Source: Antedon mediterranea
Lineage: Eukaryota > Animalia > Echinodermata
DNA length: 64,000 nucleotides
Assembly (NCBI RefSeq): GCF_964355755.1
Contig: NC_092674.1
Location: forward strand, 26,164,001-26,228,000
Reading direction: 5' to 3'
Both the position numbers and the translations under genes were made by a program. Of this stretch, positions 27,161 to 41,534 are shown piece by piece. How positions within the stretch are numbered: position 1 is the stretch's first letter; every line of letters starts with the position of its first letter. The notes below the pieces were generated by a model. The model did not search any database, was not told the origin of the DNA, and saw only the letters and a list, made by a program, of their open reading frames with translations.

Positions 27161-30100
27161 CTTCTAAAATGTCAGTAATTAGAAATGGAATGAATGGTAT
27201 GGTACAAGCATGGTATTTTCCCATAATTTGATTCTTGCTTTTATAGCATGGTTTATTGCTCTACTGGGAATGTACGAAAACACCTTAAAACATGGTTGTT
27301 GGCAACAATGATCTATCTGTTTTACACCTCCACTAATTTATCAACAAGTTTAAAATATGAAATATTCTATTTAATTTACTGCAATGACTAATTGTTGTTC
27401 CTTGTTTCCAAGGGTATTGGTATTTTAATTGAAATTAAAAACCACTTTCAACTGGAACAAAATACTCTATCAAAAAAAGGAAACAGATTTTCTTCCATTT
27501 TCAGGGGCTTACCCTAAATTTCAAAGTCAATCTCAGTAATAAGTCTTTATATGAATATTTAAAAAATAATAAATGAGCACAAAATTAAATTGTATTGTAA
27601 GTACCTAGAGTCAGACATTTTACATACAATGGAAAATGGTAAGATGCATGTCTTCTAAACACATGGTCTTGAGTTCAAATCATATATGATCATTCCTTTT
27701 AGATACAATAGAGACTTTAGATTGTCACGTTGACTATTTCAATTTTAACATGATTACATCATTTTGACGCATTGTGTATGCACTGCATCTTCTTCCTCAT
27801 TCACTGCTTGACTATGAATTTGCCGTACACCTCAAAACAGGTCGATGTGAATGGCGTCCACATTCACTTGAATAAAGGTCTCTAATATAGCTTTTGGTTT
27901 GGTGTCAACCCAGGTCAAGTCAAACACAAACAAATATATTTTAAACATGGTTAATAAAAAATAATATGTACAGTACTGTATAGAAATTAACATGTGTTTA
28001 GAGAAAAAATATATGTAGAGAGATAAGTAGCATGTACAATATAGCCTATGGAAAAAAAAGTAAGATGAAACCCACATAAGATGATAAAAAATAAAATATA
28101 TTTTATTTTTTTTAATATCCGTCCTTCATGTTTGAAATGAAACTAGCGCTTATAATTATCCTCAATAACTCAAGGTCTTAAGCGGTAACGAACGCTTAAT
28201 GATAACGAACTCATGAACGACAATTACAGTTGTCATCACGTGAATTAGCCACAATACAACAATGAACATGATGATTGCTCAACAAACAGCCTTCTGGCTT
28301 TCTCACAAGAAAGTTATTTTAATTACAAATACGAAACCACTGTTGGTTTTAATAATATGACTGGTACACAGACTGACTACAGTGGGTCTAGCCTAATTGA
28401 GTAGGTTTGTTTGAGTATCAGTGGGAGTCTACAACTCAAAATATACTACTCTCCATTTATTAGCCAGCATATTACAAATGCACTACAGGAAATAAAACCA
28501 CAAACTATTATTGTTATTACTTATCATCAATAGTTAAATATATATTTAGCAAATTGAGTATAAATTTGAAAACATTTTAATTATGCTACGCCAGAAAATT
28601 GTAACATTATTTATTAAATACATATGTTATAGTTAATTGTAATTGTCTAATTTTATATAACTATATGCTGTACCTATTTAATCCTTAAGGGCCACAATGG
28701 AAATAAGTTTGAACATTGGTTACTTTTTGTGCTACCCTCAATTCAATCCTGTACTGTTTTTTATTTAATGTTATTTTGTTTTGAATTGGAATAAAGAAAT
28801 AAAAGGTCCCACTGTCCCTGCGCACAATATAATTCCATGATGTAACTAGTTCCTAAGTCCTAGCAAATCAAAAAGCTTTTCCTATTAAAATGATATTTAT
28901 TGAAGATAAAAAAGAACATTAAAATACTAGTTTGATGAAAATAATTCAATTATAGGTTGTTTACATTAAACACAATGTAAACAAATGCTTAAATGCTAAG
29001 ATAAATATACAGATTAATAATACAATTAATGTAAATCCCAATAATATGAAAGGCCAAGATGTATTAATTCATTGAGGAAGTTGGAAGAATTTGGCTTTAT
29101 TTTCTCAAGCACAAGAAAACATACATGGAAGGATCTGTGCAACAGATCTTTGAAGCTAATATAAATATTGATATTGCTATACAAAACCAATTATATTTTC
29201 ACCAACAATAGCCTAAAACCAATTTTTTAAATTATCTTAATACTTATTTTTTAAATAATTTTGATGTTGAAAATGTGTGTAGGGTGTAACGATACATGCA
29301 GTAGACAGGTCTCGCGTTAAATAAAAACTTGGTAACATTCAGTAGACCGTTCTAACATTAAATTAATAACTGTCTATATACACAGGTAGTACACTGGTGT
29401 AAATTTCAATTAATAACTCTATACATTCAGTCAACAGGTCTAATGTGAAATTAAAAACTCTGTGACAGAATAGATACATACCTTCAAAGCACAAATCTGA
29501 AACTAGTACCAGTCAGAGAAATAATTAACTTCATCAACACATTCTAGTATCTCAGTGAGTATCTCTTGAGCTACCTCTTTTGTTGTTTCTTCATCATAGA
29601 GAGGAAACACAAGTTTACGCAGCCTATTGAATCATACAAGTACAGACAAGTACTAGTATAATGATTGCTATATACAAGTGTTCCAGTCATAAATTACAAC
29701 ATGGGTTGTAAGTTTACTTGGTTGCTAATGCAAAACGTGACCCCATGTGACCTACCACTTGCTGATTTCCAAGTCTCGCTTTGGGAGGAGGTGCTTGCAA
29801 TAGGCTAAACATAATCATGTTGTCATCAGATATTATTTATGACTAGGATCTACAGAAAACATGATTTTAAGAAAACAAATAATATGAGCAGAAAGAGGAA
29901 GATTTTAAGGTATTTTATTTGCATCATAAAATAGAATTTGTTTAAGAATTCTGTTGCATACAAAAGCATTTTACTTTCACTTTTAAGAATAAGGCGCAGG
30001 ATTGGTCCTTTTACTGCGCCTAGGTTAATTAATAGGTGAATATACAATAATTCTACAATGTTGATAGTACCCAGAAAGTATATACCCTATACCTTGAAAT

Positions 30101-32702
30101 TATAGAGAGGAAGGGCCAACAATTGTCTACTTTGTCTTTCAATGGAGGCTTGTATTACTTGATGGGTCTACAAATACAATTGGAAGAGTCTCGAACTGGA
30201 TGGAAAATCTGTTCACTGAAAGTAATAATTCACCAATACCAATACTAAAGAATCTATTCCTCTGCAATGCATGTATATTGAAAAATTAACTGAATAAATT
30301 CTACATTTGTGTTCCATCTAAATACTACACAGTGACAATTATTTTTGATTGGTCAGATATTTTGCCATAAAGACATTTGAGAACACATGTGTCGAAATCT
30401 GCATGTAAAATTCTTGATTAGGACAGTTTTTTCTTTGTCATAAAACACTCAATAACTTCAAGTAGTTTTTTAAACGGTAAACAATTAATGGTAAGAGAAA
30501 CAGGACTTTGAACTGGAGACTTCTTTAACTGTTAAAAGAGACTAGGTCATTCTTAATATAAGGAACTTTCATTGAAGTAGCTACAGTATCATTAGCACAA
30601 TATTTACACAGTAGAAGCCCTTGACAATGACACAAGAGTGGAAGTATCAAGGACATGACAAAACCATAAAGATAGCACTTAGCACACACTATTAATAACA
30701 GTACAATACTTCAATAAAGTATGTAAATATAGCTCTCTGTTTAATAACACAATGGCAAACAGTACTGCATCTAATTATAAAAGAATAAATATTTTGAATA
30801 TTAACCATATATATTACTGTACTATATTTTGTTGGATAAGACACACCTTACCGGTGACAGCGTTTTGTTTAATGCTTTTGTCTCTCCTCGGCTTTGTGTC
30901 TTGTATTTCATATATATATATATATATATATATTTCTATGTTTTTTTTGTTTTTTTTTTGTAATTATTATTTTATGTTTATTGCCGAAATTAATAAAATA
31001 AAAACAAATAAAATATATAACCGACCTTATTAAATATGTATTAAATTGATAAATAGGGCTGCATGCAATTTGATAAAGCATCATATCCAATAGTCATAGT
31101 GGTGTCCAGGGGCATCCCAAAGATGTACATTTGATAATTTAGTTTATGTATTCAATTCTATTCATATTTATTTTCACAATATAACAACATACAATAACAT
31201 TAAAATTATGATAAATTAATTAGGTAATTGATAAACTTGCAAAAAATGTAATGAAATATAAAAAAGTAGTTCAGTCATATGGGGGGGGGGGAGGGGTTGC
31301 GTCTGATTCATGCCACCTATCAAATAGACAGTTTCTTTGGTATTTAAAAAACATATATAGTCGACCTTCTTATTTACGTATTTCTCATATACGAACCTTC
31401 TATTTTACGAACGATGTTGAAACGATGAAATCATCGGCTAATAAAAGAAAATAACGTCTTGTTGATAAAACTTTTTCATACCTATATTATCTTCTTAATT
31501 TATTAATCCGAAAACAATTGTACACAAAATACTTCTTTTATAATTTAAACTGTATATTCTGATGGTACTGTATATACTGTGTACAGTACTGTAAAATCAC
31601 ATAGTTAAAGAAGAAATATTTGTTTAGTATAAATTCCAACAATTGAAGTAGTTTAATTGAATTACCATTCTGTCAGAAATCTAATCATTTATACAGCTGT
31701 TGATTGTATTTACATTGTGTAGTGTAAATTGTACTTTTTCAACTCAAACATCAGATCTAATGTTAACATAAGCCCAAAACAAAGTATTTTCAGGATTAAA
31801 ACATATAAAGTCCTGTGACCGTTTTGAGGAATTAATTAAATGTGAATTTATAATTTAATTAATTATTAACATGGAAAAGTGGGGTTGAGACAAATAAGGT
31901 AATTAAATCTTTCATTTATATCGGAATGTAAACATATTTGAATGCTGGCCGTTTACTAGTGTTCTGTCGGATGACGTTGTAATTCCAAGCGTGACTGGTT
32001 TAACGAATCTCTCCACTATGTATCTTTTAGACATTCCACAAGGTTTGTTCCCCCTAATTTGAGGTATACAAATGTCAAAACAAAAAGAGTATTATGGGAT
32101 ACAAGAACCACTACTAGAGTATCCAGGGCTCTGCTGCATGTAAAAGCTTGATTATTAATTTGCAGAGTGCCTATTTCACCATTATAATGAATTGTTATAA
32201 TTTGTACAAATTTATGTGAAATAAATATTACTTGAATTGAACAAAGTGCCCCCTTAGGAGTGAGCCTCCTGAATACAAGTTGGACGTAGTGTTAAAGCAT
32301 ATACTTTAATACTATGTTAAAACAAGAAAGTGTCTTCTTTAACAAACGTATGAATTATGTATGGCATAGTAAGTAAAAGTTTATACTCCAGGTTTCTACT
32401 GATGTTGTAAGACTACAAAAATGTGAACATTTTCCTCTGGGGCTTATTGATAAAGGTTAACGCCCAGGGTAACAGGTGGTCTGAAAGAGCTAACAAATAA
32501 AGCAATATGAATCTCTGTAAATAACAAATAAACATCCATTACGCCCACTAGCTCTTGACCTGGGGAAATGTTGTGACTTTGATGACAAACATCTAGACTA
32601 TTTAAAACCAATTTACATCCAAATAAAACCTGACCACTGTGAAAACTTCAAAACATTTTTTTTATTTTTAATATCTGGCTCGTGTGCACTTTAAAGAACC
32701 TA

Positions 32703-33381
32703 GGTCGTGTTCGTACGGTGGTTAAAATAAGCGCTTAATTTCACCCATGCCTCGGGTTATAAATTGAGCGTTGTTCGTACTTGAAATATTTAACCACTTA
32801 AATGCTTAATCGACGAATCACCAACCGGAAATTACGTTTTAAGGTCAGTTGTCTTTACAATCTACGACCCCATTTTCGCACGCTAGTTTCGTGTTGTATA
32901 TTTTTTACTCGCGATCTTTCTTTACAATAACAATTACTTGCTACCTTTTACACTGCTTATCCTTGCGACAAACCTTATCGCCGATAATCCTGCCGAAATA
33001 TGCCTTCTCCTGACGACCATTATTTTACTCCTTGACGAAGAATTTGAGCCCAATGTTACACGAAACACCACCGACCAGCTAGGCCTACTAAACGGTCTAC
33101 ACCAACAAGGACAGCACCAGCTGACGATCGCTCTCGAAGCGTGTATGTAAGAGCTTCGTAGGAGAAATGACGGGCCTAGGAAGCGAACGTTTGTCAAAAT
33201 TTGACACATTGCCTCTATCGGAGATTTATTATCCTTGAAGGCCGAGTATAATTGTATTATCGCTGAAATAACCTGCAAATTTGGTGAACATAATTTTTTG
33301 TAGCCTGAGGCAAAAGTTAATTGGGTCACGCGAACGGAAATCGGGAATAAGCTGGTATTTTCAACCCCTACGAACAGGCCC
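32703..33381. mobile_element. Non-autonomous PIF/Harbinger-like DNA transposon
   Basis: TIR GGTCGTGTTCGTA versus right-end reverse complement GGGCCTGTTCGTA. 3-bp CTA duplication at 32700-32702 and 33382-33384. GC-richer interior with no intact transposase. Confidence 0.7.
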
Positions 33382-35695
33382 CTAGTTCATCCTTCAGAAG
33401 AGTGCATAATGGTCAGTCCCTGTCATTGTGGACAATGTGAGCCGTAAAAAAAAATTCAATATAAGTGGTAGGCCTACTTTAAGATAAGATAATATACATC
33501 TTTCTTGTATATTTGTTTATTGTTACTTAATTATCATATTCATTTTGTGTGGAAAATCAATAAAAAACAAACAAACAAACAAGATAATAATATTTATAAA
33601 GCGCACATATCCAGTGCTAAAGTTTTGTTTTTATAGAGAACACCTAGAACATTAAAGATACTGTACCAGTACAACAGACAGACATAAACAAAATTATGGT
33701 GATCCGGATATGCGATAATTGCATGGGCTGGACACTATACATTTTTGGTAACAAATTCTTGGTAGGGTAAACCACAAATACAAAGAAAAAGAAAGAAGGT
33801 TTAAAAAGAATTATAACAATATGCCACTTAGATAAAGATTATTATATAATACCATCATATAATAGCGAATTTCGATTTCATCAGGATACTGGGTGAAGTG
33901 ATTACAGGGCTGACCTACATCAATATCCACTGATTCATGACCGTTATGAAACTCTTAAATAATTATAAATTATAGTACAATAAAGTATATAATGTACTCA
34001 TAATTTTATAAAGAGTATACAAAATTATAAGGCCGGTTTCTGTTGAAAAATACCCAAAAAACATTTTGTTTAACTGCTTTTATTATTAATTATTTAACAA
34101 AGATCACGTTGAAGCATAATTCTGTTCTCAATAAATATAATGAACGGCTCATTTGATGGTTGTGTACAATGAATTTCATCAGATCAAAAAAAAATGTTGA
34201 CTTGCTATTTGAATATTTGACCACTACACATTTAACTGGCCATTGGCTGGCGGACCAGGGTTATTGAAAACGCTGGATTGTACAATTCAATGATTCCCCA
34301 TCCAAATTAGTCTGGGTTCCAGACGGAGTTTTGTCTTAATATTAGTAAAAAAGATAAATATTTTGGCACATATGGCGTTTCATACGTATACTACTTGATT
34401 TTGAATACTCCGTTTGGGGAAACACGCACAAGTCACGTGGTTTGACACCAAGAATTCTTGGTGCATACGATTATCCGGTTTAATAGTTTCAGCTGCATGC
34501 GATTGGCTACTCACTCGTACACCGTTTTAAATATTCATATTTCAGAATTTCAAAGACTCAACAACTAAGATGATGCGCGTGCGCTATGTTACGTTTAGAC
34601 AATGTGTACTTGGGTACATTTTTGAAAGTTTCTGAAGGCTAGAAATTATTTTAATATGCCTAGTAGTCTGGTAAACATTTGATGGGATTTTTCCCAAGAA
34701 CATGAAAACTCGTCTTGATATGATAGGCTAGCTTCTCCGCAAATCAAACATTGAATGGATCATTTATTACGCGGAGATAATTTTGATTTAATTCCCACCC
34801 AGACCCTTTCCTGTTCTGTGTGGTGGTGTAGCCCTGTTGTGTGCCGGTGGTATGTAGACCTAGGCTACTTTATTGGCGTTTTATTTGGCAGGTCATACGT
34901 GCGAGTTGAGTAGGACCTACGAAAGAGGCCTAGGCCAAGGACTAAACAATTAATAAACAAAACAACTTGGCATTACGATTTTATATTTCAACAGTCTCGA
35001 TCGTACATTCAGCACTGTCCGTACTCGATCTTTTTCATTTTGAAACAAAGTGGTCATTGGTTGATTCGAAATCCATATTTACATACCGCCCGCCCCATAT
35101 AGCCAAATACGGTATGATAACCTACGTCATTCTTATCGGATGTTTGCGGTCTGCAAATCGATTTCTATACGTGTTTCACAAGTCTGTATTTTCAGACAAA
35201 AATCGCGGTCGAAATAAAAACAAATAAAAAAAAAAAAAAGATAATACAGACTTGGGGCAAGTCTACATCCAAATAGACGTTGCTATTCCAACATTACAGT
35301 GTTTTATAAATAAAATCTATGTTAAATTGAAAGTAAATTGGTCGTCATCACCGTGACCATACTTGAATTCGACTGCCACTGCAACAGTACCACCTACAGT
35401 GACCTCAAGGTAATGTTATTTTGATAATTCATTCTTTTATGTTGGTCAACAAGCTACTTGACCTTGTGAACAGCAGTGGTCAATATGGTCAACATTCAAT
35501 GTTAATAGCAATATTAAATAGCTTTCTCTCATTAATGACCTTCAATTATTAATATAGATATAAAATTGGACCGAAACATGCTTTTTATTGAAATTCCAGT
35601 TTCGACTTCAAAATAAAGAACTATTTACAGAGTTATGTTTATTTAAGCCTGGTTCCCACTAGAATTTTATAATTTATCGTCTTATTTAAGGCTAA

Positions 35696-35874
35696 AGCTT
35701 GGTTTCCACTAGAACGTAACGCAAGGACGTAAACACAACGCAAACGTTTTAACCAATGACAAGCGAAGTTATAGACAGTTAGCAATCACAAGCGAATAAG
35801 CCATCGCTTTTGATTGGTCAATTCACTTGCGTTGCGTTACGTCCTTGCGTTGCGTCGCTAATGGGAACCACGCT
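35696..35874. mobile_element. Palindromic PIF/Harbinger-type MITE
   Basis: AGCTTGGTTTCCACTAGAACGTAACGCAAGGACGTAA pairs with TTACGTCCTTGCGTTGCGTCGCTAATGGGAACCACGCT, with TAA/TTA flanks. A truncated TIR copy sits at ~35646-35663. Confidence 0.75.
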
Positions 35875-36657
35875 TTACAACACAGCCTAATGAAGACCAA
35901 TGTTCACCAAAATAAACATAGCAAGCTATACCTTTAATTGATTTATGCAGGAATTAATAAAATAAAAAATAAATCCATAATATCTATAATCTATCTAGAC
36001 CACTACTAAAATGAATATTAACAATTTATAATTTCTATCAATTTTTCTAAAGCAATAATAATTTCTTTAATTTCAACAGAAATTATTGATTGTCCAATAT
36101 CTGAAACACTAAGTCATTTATTTCTCACTAAATGTAAGATTCTATACTATATCGTCTTTGCTAAAACGTATTGATTTTTTAAGTGCCAGTACGTAAAAAT
36201 AATATATAAATAATACATATTTTCATAAATAATCCTATCTTATCAGCATATAGATTTGAAGAAAATATTATAAAAAATGAGTGCCAAATACAGGAAAATG
36301 GTTTTGAACAAGACCTTAGCCATAGAATGTATGTACAGTATAATATTGAATAGAAATATATAAATATTTTAATATACAAAATTAAAGTAGATAAATGCAA
36401 ACCTGTAGAAAATATGAAGAAAGAATAATATTTATATTTACGCATATTATATACCTCATTATAAAACAGACAATGTGAGCAAGGCCTTAGCCATAGAATG
36501 AATGTACAGTATTGAAAAAAAAAGACCTCCCTCTGGAGAGCATGGGCTATTATCGGTTTATCCAGGCAAGCTGGGCACGAAATAAACTAAAACATATTTA
36601 AATTTTGTTTTGGTCCTATGGTTTGCTGGTGGAATGCCATCCTGAGATGAGTAGTAT

Positions 36658-36820
36658 ACAAATAATGAATGTTTATGAGTGCAATGGTACAAATAATGGC
36701 ACGAGGTGAATGATGAAAGGTTATATCAACGAGGCAAAGCCGAGTTGATATAACCTTTCATCATTCACCAAGTGCCATTATTTGTACCATTACACGAATA
36801 CAAAACATTCATTATTTGTT
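36658..36820. repeat. Long hairpin palindrome with central GAGGCAAAGCCGAG
   Basis: Arms of ~70 bp are almost perfectly complementary (GGTGAATGATGAAAGGTTATATCAAC / GTTGATATAACCTTTCATCATTCACC). Confidence 0.8.
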
Positions 36821-39298
36821 TTATATAACATCTAGACGTTTTTTTTTCGTACACAAAAATGTTTCAAAAAGTACTATTTAACGATCGTTGAATAGTGCGT
36901 ACTATTGCACGCCATGTGACCCACATTCGTCCAATCAAATGACAGGAATTTATATAGGTGTTATATAGTAGTAATTATTCTTGTTTATATGCAATTTTTT
37001 ATTTCTATGTACCAGAGATTCCAAAATAAAAGTTTGAATGAATTGAACTGTATTCATTTATATTTTTATCAAATGTTTTTATCACGGAACAGAACGAAAG
37101 TAAATACCTTTGCATGGGAACATGTACATTTCCAAAACACATACTCACAAACATCTCCGATATATCTCTAGAGATTAACATTAATGTTATTTAAAGCCTA
37201 CTCTTGGGCATGTACAGAACACTATTTCTTTTGTTCCAAAATTTACCATTAAATTTGTTTTTTATCTTTGTCGCCAACTTCCAAATTTCTATTTAATTAC
37301 AGGATTTTAAAGAAATCACAGACAAATACAGCTTTGTCTACTTTTGGTGGGAAAAACATGTTTATAATTAAAAGGTAAAAATTCCAACAAATTTTCTCTA
37401 CCATGATTTAATTTTTTAAAATATAATTAGTCTAGTAGGAAAAAATTTAGTTTAATTTTCATAGAATATTTTAAGAGGATTAATTTTTATTTAAATGTTT
37501 ACATGGCGAACTCTGTTTCATGTGCATTCATGCGCCAGGTGTAGAAGAGTCGCTATCAGATTTTAAAACCATACTATTAAACCCCAGTGGTTTAATGGTA
37601 AGATGTCAGACGATTCCAGGTTCGAATCTTGGTTGGCTCATGTTTTTTCCATTCTCAAATCTTTATCTTATCTTACCATTTATATAAATTGATTTCAGAT
37701 AGCACTTATCTGCGGTTTAATATTTACTTTATGCCTTTAAAATTAATATCCTACTGTACATAAAATGAAAAATGTTTATCAATATAAATTATAATATATT
37801 ATACTTACATATAGTCAATGTCAATTTAATACAGAGTACCCATTATCGTTTATTATACATAAAGATGGAATTATACAAACATGTATTCACCAATGAATCT
37901 TATTGTAAACACAGAGTATGTACAGTAACAACAAAATAACAGTTCGGCTTATTTACTCGGTCAATAAATCGGTGTGAAACCAAACTAACAATATTAAGTT
38001 GTTACTTAATCTGTCAACAAGTTGAACTTTACTGACCAAGTAGGACAAAGGAATTAAAAGTTGAGTTGCTATGGACTTGGTATGTGTAATCTTTAATCAC
38101 ATAATTCCTTACCTATTATTAAAGCGCTCACACATAACAATCTGTTATTAAACAAATTTGTGATCATGATTTAATTAATAACATGTGTTGGCAGTGATTT
38201 TATAGAATTTATCATTTAAATAGTTTCACTTTAGGATAAATTTAACAAAAAATGTTAAAGGTCAAAAGTATAAAGAAAAATAGACAGAAGCTAATTTGTG
38301 GAAAAATTATAAAAATTCAAAGAAATAAGTGTAGGCCTAGTAAAAGAATAAATATAGTACAAGCGTTGTCGTTGATTGTTGGCAGTAAAAAATAATAAAT
38401 GAATCAATTATATTAAAATAATCAATAAATGGAGAAATCAGTAAAATTTCATGTTTAAAAAACTGTATATAACGTGAAAATGTGTAAAGATTTCTGACAG
38501 AAAATTTAAAGACAAAAGAAAAAGAATGCCTAGGCGTTCTTCTCCTGCCTTTTTCAATCTTCCCCATCTCATACTCCACGAGCAATTTATCCCCTTACTT
38601 AACCTACCCATGCGTGAACACCAAGCAGACAATAAGTGAGAACGATGGTGGTTAAGACTGATAGACTCAAATTATTATTAATTTATTTACTAAAGTTTAT
38701 GAATAATAAGGTAATTTAATTTCTTTACAAAATAATAATGATGTACTAACCTCATTGTTCAGTTTACATCTGTTGTTTTGTCATCTTTTCGCGATTGAGG
38801 TATACTATGGTATGCAGAATCATAACACATTCTCAATTTACTACCAGCTGATAAAGAATAATGCTCAAATTGTTGAGGGCAGTATAACGAAAAAAGTACC
38901 AATTCTCGACAACAATCTTTCCATCACTCGTACAAAAATGAGTGAGAGACAAATCATTTTCTGTCTTAACCATTGTTTATTTATTACATCATAATAAATT
39001 GTTTTTACAATATCACATCATAATAAATTGTTTTATACTGTCTCATAATTATAGGCCTACATCAAAAATCTTCTTTTACCATCAGAATTATCCCGCAGTA
39101 CTGGTACTGGTACTGGTTCAAATAACCGTCTCACAAATACATTTGGTAGCCATTGACTTGAAGTTGGCATTTGGATGTGATACTTGTGTATTAATTAAAT
39201 AGTCGATTTACAAAAAATAAAATAAAGAAAAGTCGATTAGGGCCTAATGGTTAAATAAAATAATCAATTACTGAGATTAAATATATAAATATCACATA

Positions 39299-40654
39299 TC
39301 ATATGTACTTAAAATATTGTTGGATTTCCCACTTGTTCAGGTTTTCGATACCTACACCAGCTTGCTGATTGGCTAGCCTTATTTCATGTTCTTTAATGGC
39401 AACAAAACACTTGGTGAAATCTTCACCGAAAGCATTCCGAATAACCTTATCTTTTAAGAACGCATCAATCGCGGTTTGCATGGTTATTGGTATTGCCTGC
39501 GTAGATGGAGGAACATCATCCTCTACGTATGCACATCCTGTGATGTCATTAGGTAATGGTAGTTTGTTTATTATACCATCCATTCCTGCAGCAATTGTTG
39601 CGGCTAGTACCAAGTACGGATTTGAACCTGCACCTCCAATACGATTCTCAATGTATGTACCGCTTTCTCCATTGACCTTCAAGCGGAATGCGCATGACCT
39701 GTTGTCAAAACCCCAAGTAGCATTTATTGGCGCGAACGTATAAGGCGCGTATCGCTTTCTACAGTTTGTGGTAGGTCCCATAAGAAGACTCAATGCTGGT
39801 GTGTGATGGATCAATCCTGCTAACCAGTGCTTCATAACATCAGATAGGCCATCAGACGAGTTGGCGTCAAACGTAACGCCTTTCTTACCCGCTACATCCC
39901 ATAACGAATGATTATAATGGCACGAAGAACCACTTTTACCCCAATGTGGCTTAGTCATAAAAGAAGCCATCAAACCATGTTGCTTGGCTATCTCTTTAAC
40001 AGAGCATTTAAATGTAAAAGCGTCATCCGCAGCTTTGATTCCAAACGATGGTTTGTACGTTATCTCGTGTTGTCCAGGTCCATATTCATTTTCTATACAT
40101 TCAAGATCAAGGCCAACTTTTGGCAGATCTCTAACTAATTGATGGACGAAGGGAGCACATTCATACATTCTAATAGTCGATCGTATGTTATAATCATCAG
40201 TCACTGGCTTCATTGTGGCTGCATCAACGACATAAAATTCATATTCATGAGATGAAAGCAGACTATAACCCAACTTCTTTAGTTCTTCTATTTGTTTTCT
40301 GGCAAGAGTTCTTGGATGTGCAGTCACTTCTTTTCCTTCAAACGTTGGTTCTGCCAGAATTCTAGCAGTATTATCCCACCAAGGGATCACTCTAAAAGTG
40401 TCGAGGTCTGGAAACAAAATCGCATCTGGGTAATGTCGGTACTTCCCATCGTTGTTATAGCCCGATCCTTCGACTATATTTGCCAAGGAATCCATTCCTA
40501 GATACCCCAGACGGAAGCCTACACCTTTCTCGGCCTTAGATCTAAAGTGACGAGCTGGGATTAACTTGGATCGAGAGATACCAAACATATCAGAATTTTC
40601 AAAACGAACAACCTCTACATTTTCCTTTTCAAGTTGATTTAAAATTTCTTCCAT
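39299..40654 (-). CDS. Class-I glutamine synthetase-like protein (lengsin/gamma-glutamyl-amine ligase family), copy 1, intact, intronless CDS, 451 aa
   Basis: GS motifs DMFGISRSK, HEYEFY, ENEYGPGQHE, FMTKP..GSSCHYNHSL, WGFDNRSCAFR and YIENR.GGA..NPYL. Confidence 0.92.
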   Translation of the reverse strand: MEEILNQLEKENVEVVRFENSDMFGISRSKLIPARHFRSKAEKGVGFRLGYLGMDSLANIVEGSGYNNDGKYRHYPDAILFPDLDTFRVIPWWDNTARILAEPTFEGKEVTAHPRTLARKQIEELKKLGYSLLSSHEYEFYVVDAATMKPVTDDYNIRSTIRMYECAPFVHQLVRDLPKVGLDLECIENEYGPGQHEITYKPSFGIKAADDAFTFKCSVKEIAKQHGLMASFMTKPHWGKSGSSCHYNHSLWDVAGKKGVTFDANSSDGLSDVMKHWLAGLIHHTPALSLLMGPTTNCRKRYAPYTFAPINATWGFDNRSCAFRLKVNGESGTYIENRIGGAGSNPYLVLAATIAAGMDGIINKLPLPNDITGCAYVEDDVPPSTQAIPITMQTAIDAFLKDKVIRNAFGEDFTKCFVAIKEHEIRLANQQAGVGIENLNKWEIQQYFKYI

Positions 40655-40719
40655 TTTAACAATCTATGAAAATATATATGGATAACCTAAGAAACAATAA
40701 ACAAAAATAATATTTAATA

Positions 40720-40724
<5 letters not shown>

Positions 40725-40782
<58 letters not shown>
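40725..40782. repeat. (TA)n microsatellite in the putative 5'-UTR intron of GS-like copy 1
   Basis: Pure TA run. Confidence 0.9.
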
Positions 40783-40786
<4 letters not shown>

Positions 40787-40970
40787 TATATAAAAAGTGT
40801 TTGTTCTAACAGTTTTTATTATGAAAAGCTTGGCTTACTTTTAGAGTAAACAAGTTGCAATAAGTATTAAAATGTGGGATTAATCCGTTCAGAATCAAGT
40901 AAGTTAAACTTTATAACTTAAACATTAAAAGCTACAAACAATGTAAATTATAAATCGTGAATATGTTTAC

Positions 40971-41185
40971 CTGAAAAGGTACCAAAATGTTGGAAAACGA
41001 CTTCTCCACAAACAATCCGTGATATCGCTGTAAAAAATTTTACCTGCTCTTGTCTAATTTCTTAGATCAGAAGTGAAGGTTTAGAAATAAACTAAACAAT
41101 TATTACTTAACTATAAAATAATCACGAGGTAGTCATCATGCAGTTTTAAGAGACAATAACGACAACAAAATCTTATTTATATAGA
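40971..41185 (-). promoter_or_regulatory. Putative TATA promoter and non-coding first exon of GS-like copy 1
   Basis: Minus-strand CTATATAAATAAG at ~41172-41184, donor CAG|GTAAAC at 40971/40970 and an acceptor AG at 40665-40664. Confidence 0.45.
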
Positions 41186-41534
41186 CACTATACACGCATG
41201 TGTACGATAAACGTGATGGTCGCCTGTTTAATATATATTTTACGGAAATAGACAATAATTAAAGCAAGTTAATTGTTTTACCGTAATAATTATTTATTAT
41301 TCAGAATAAGCATTTGGCAATTAAAAGGTAGCCGATTAGAACCGGACATATGCAGAATTCACACGCTATAAATTGGCGAACAATTAATCGAATAAATTAT
41401 ATGATTTTGAATATTGTTTTTCAATAATCTTGGTGGGTTTGTAAAATCGGGTTTTAACAAATTGATAAATTTCCAATTTGTATTCGATTATAATTTAAAT
41501 ATTAAGTAATATGAATCTAAGTAATTGTTTTTTA

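Noticed and set aside
32934-33329. ORFs inside the Harbinger-like element as a transposase
   Set aside because: They are short, with no recognisable DDE or Myb/SANT motif.
37580-37640. tRNA-like sequence (CCAGTGGTTTAATGGTAAG...GGTTCGAATCTTGG)
   Set aside because: A and B boxes are present, but no complete anticodon arm or cloverleaf; more likely a SINE head or tRNA relic.
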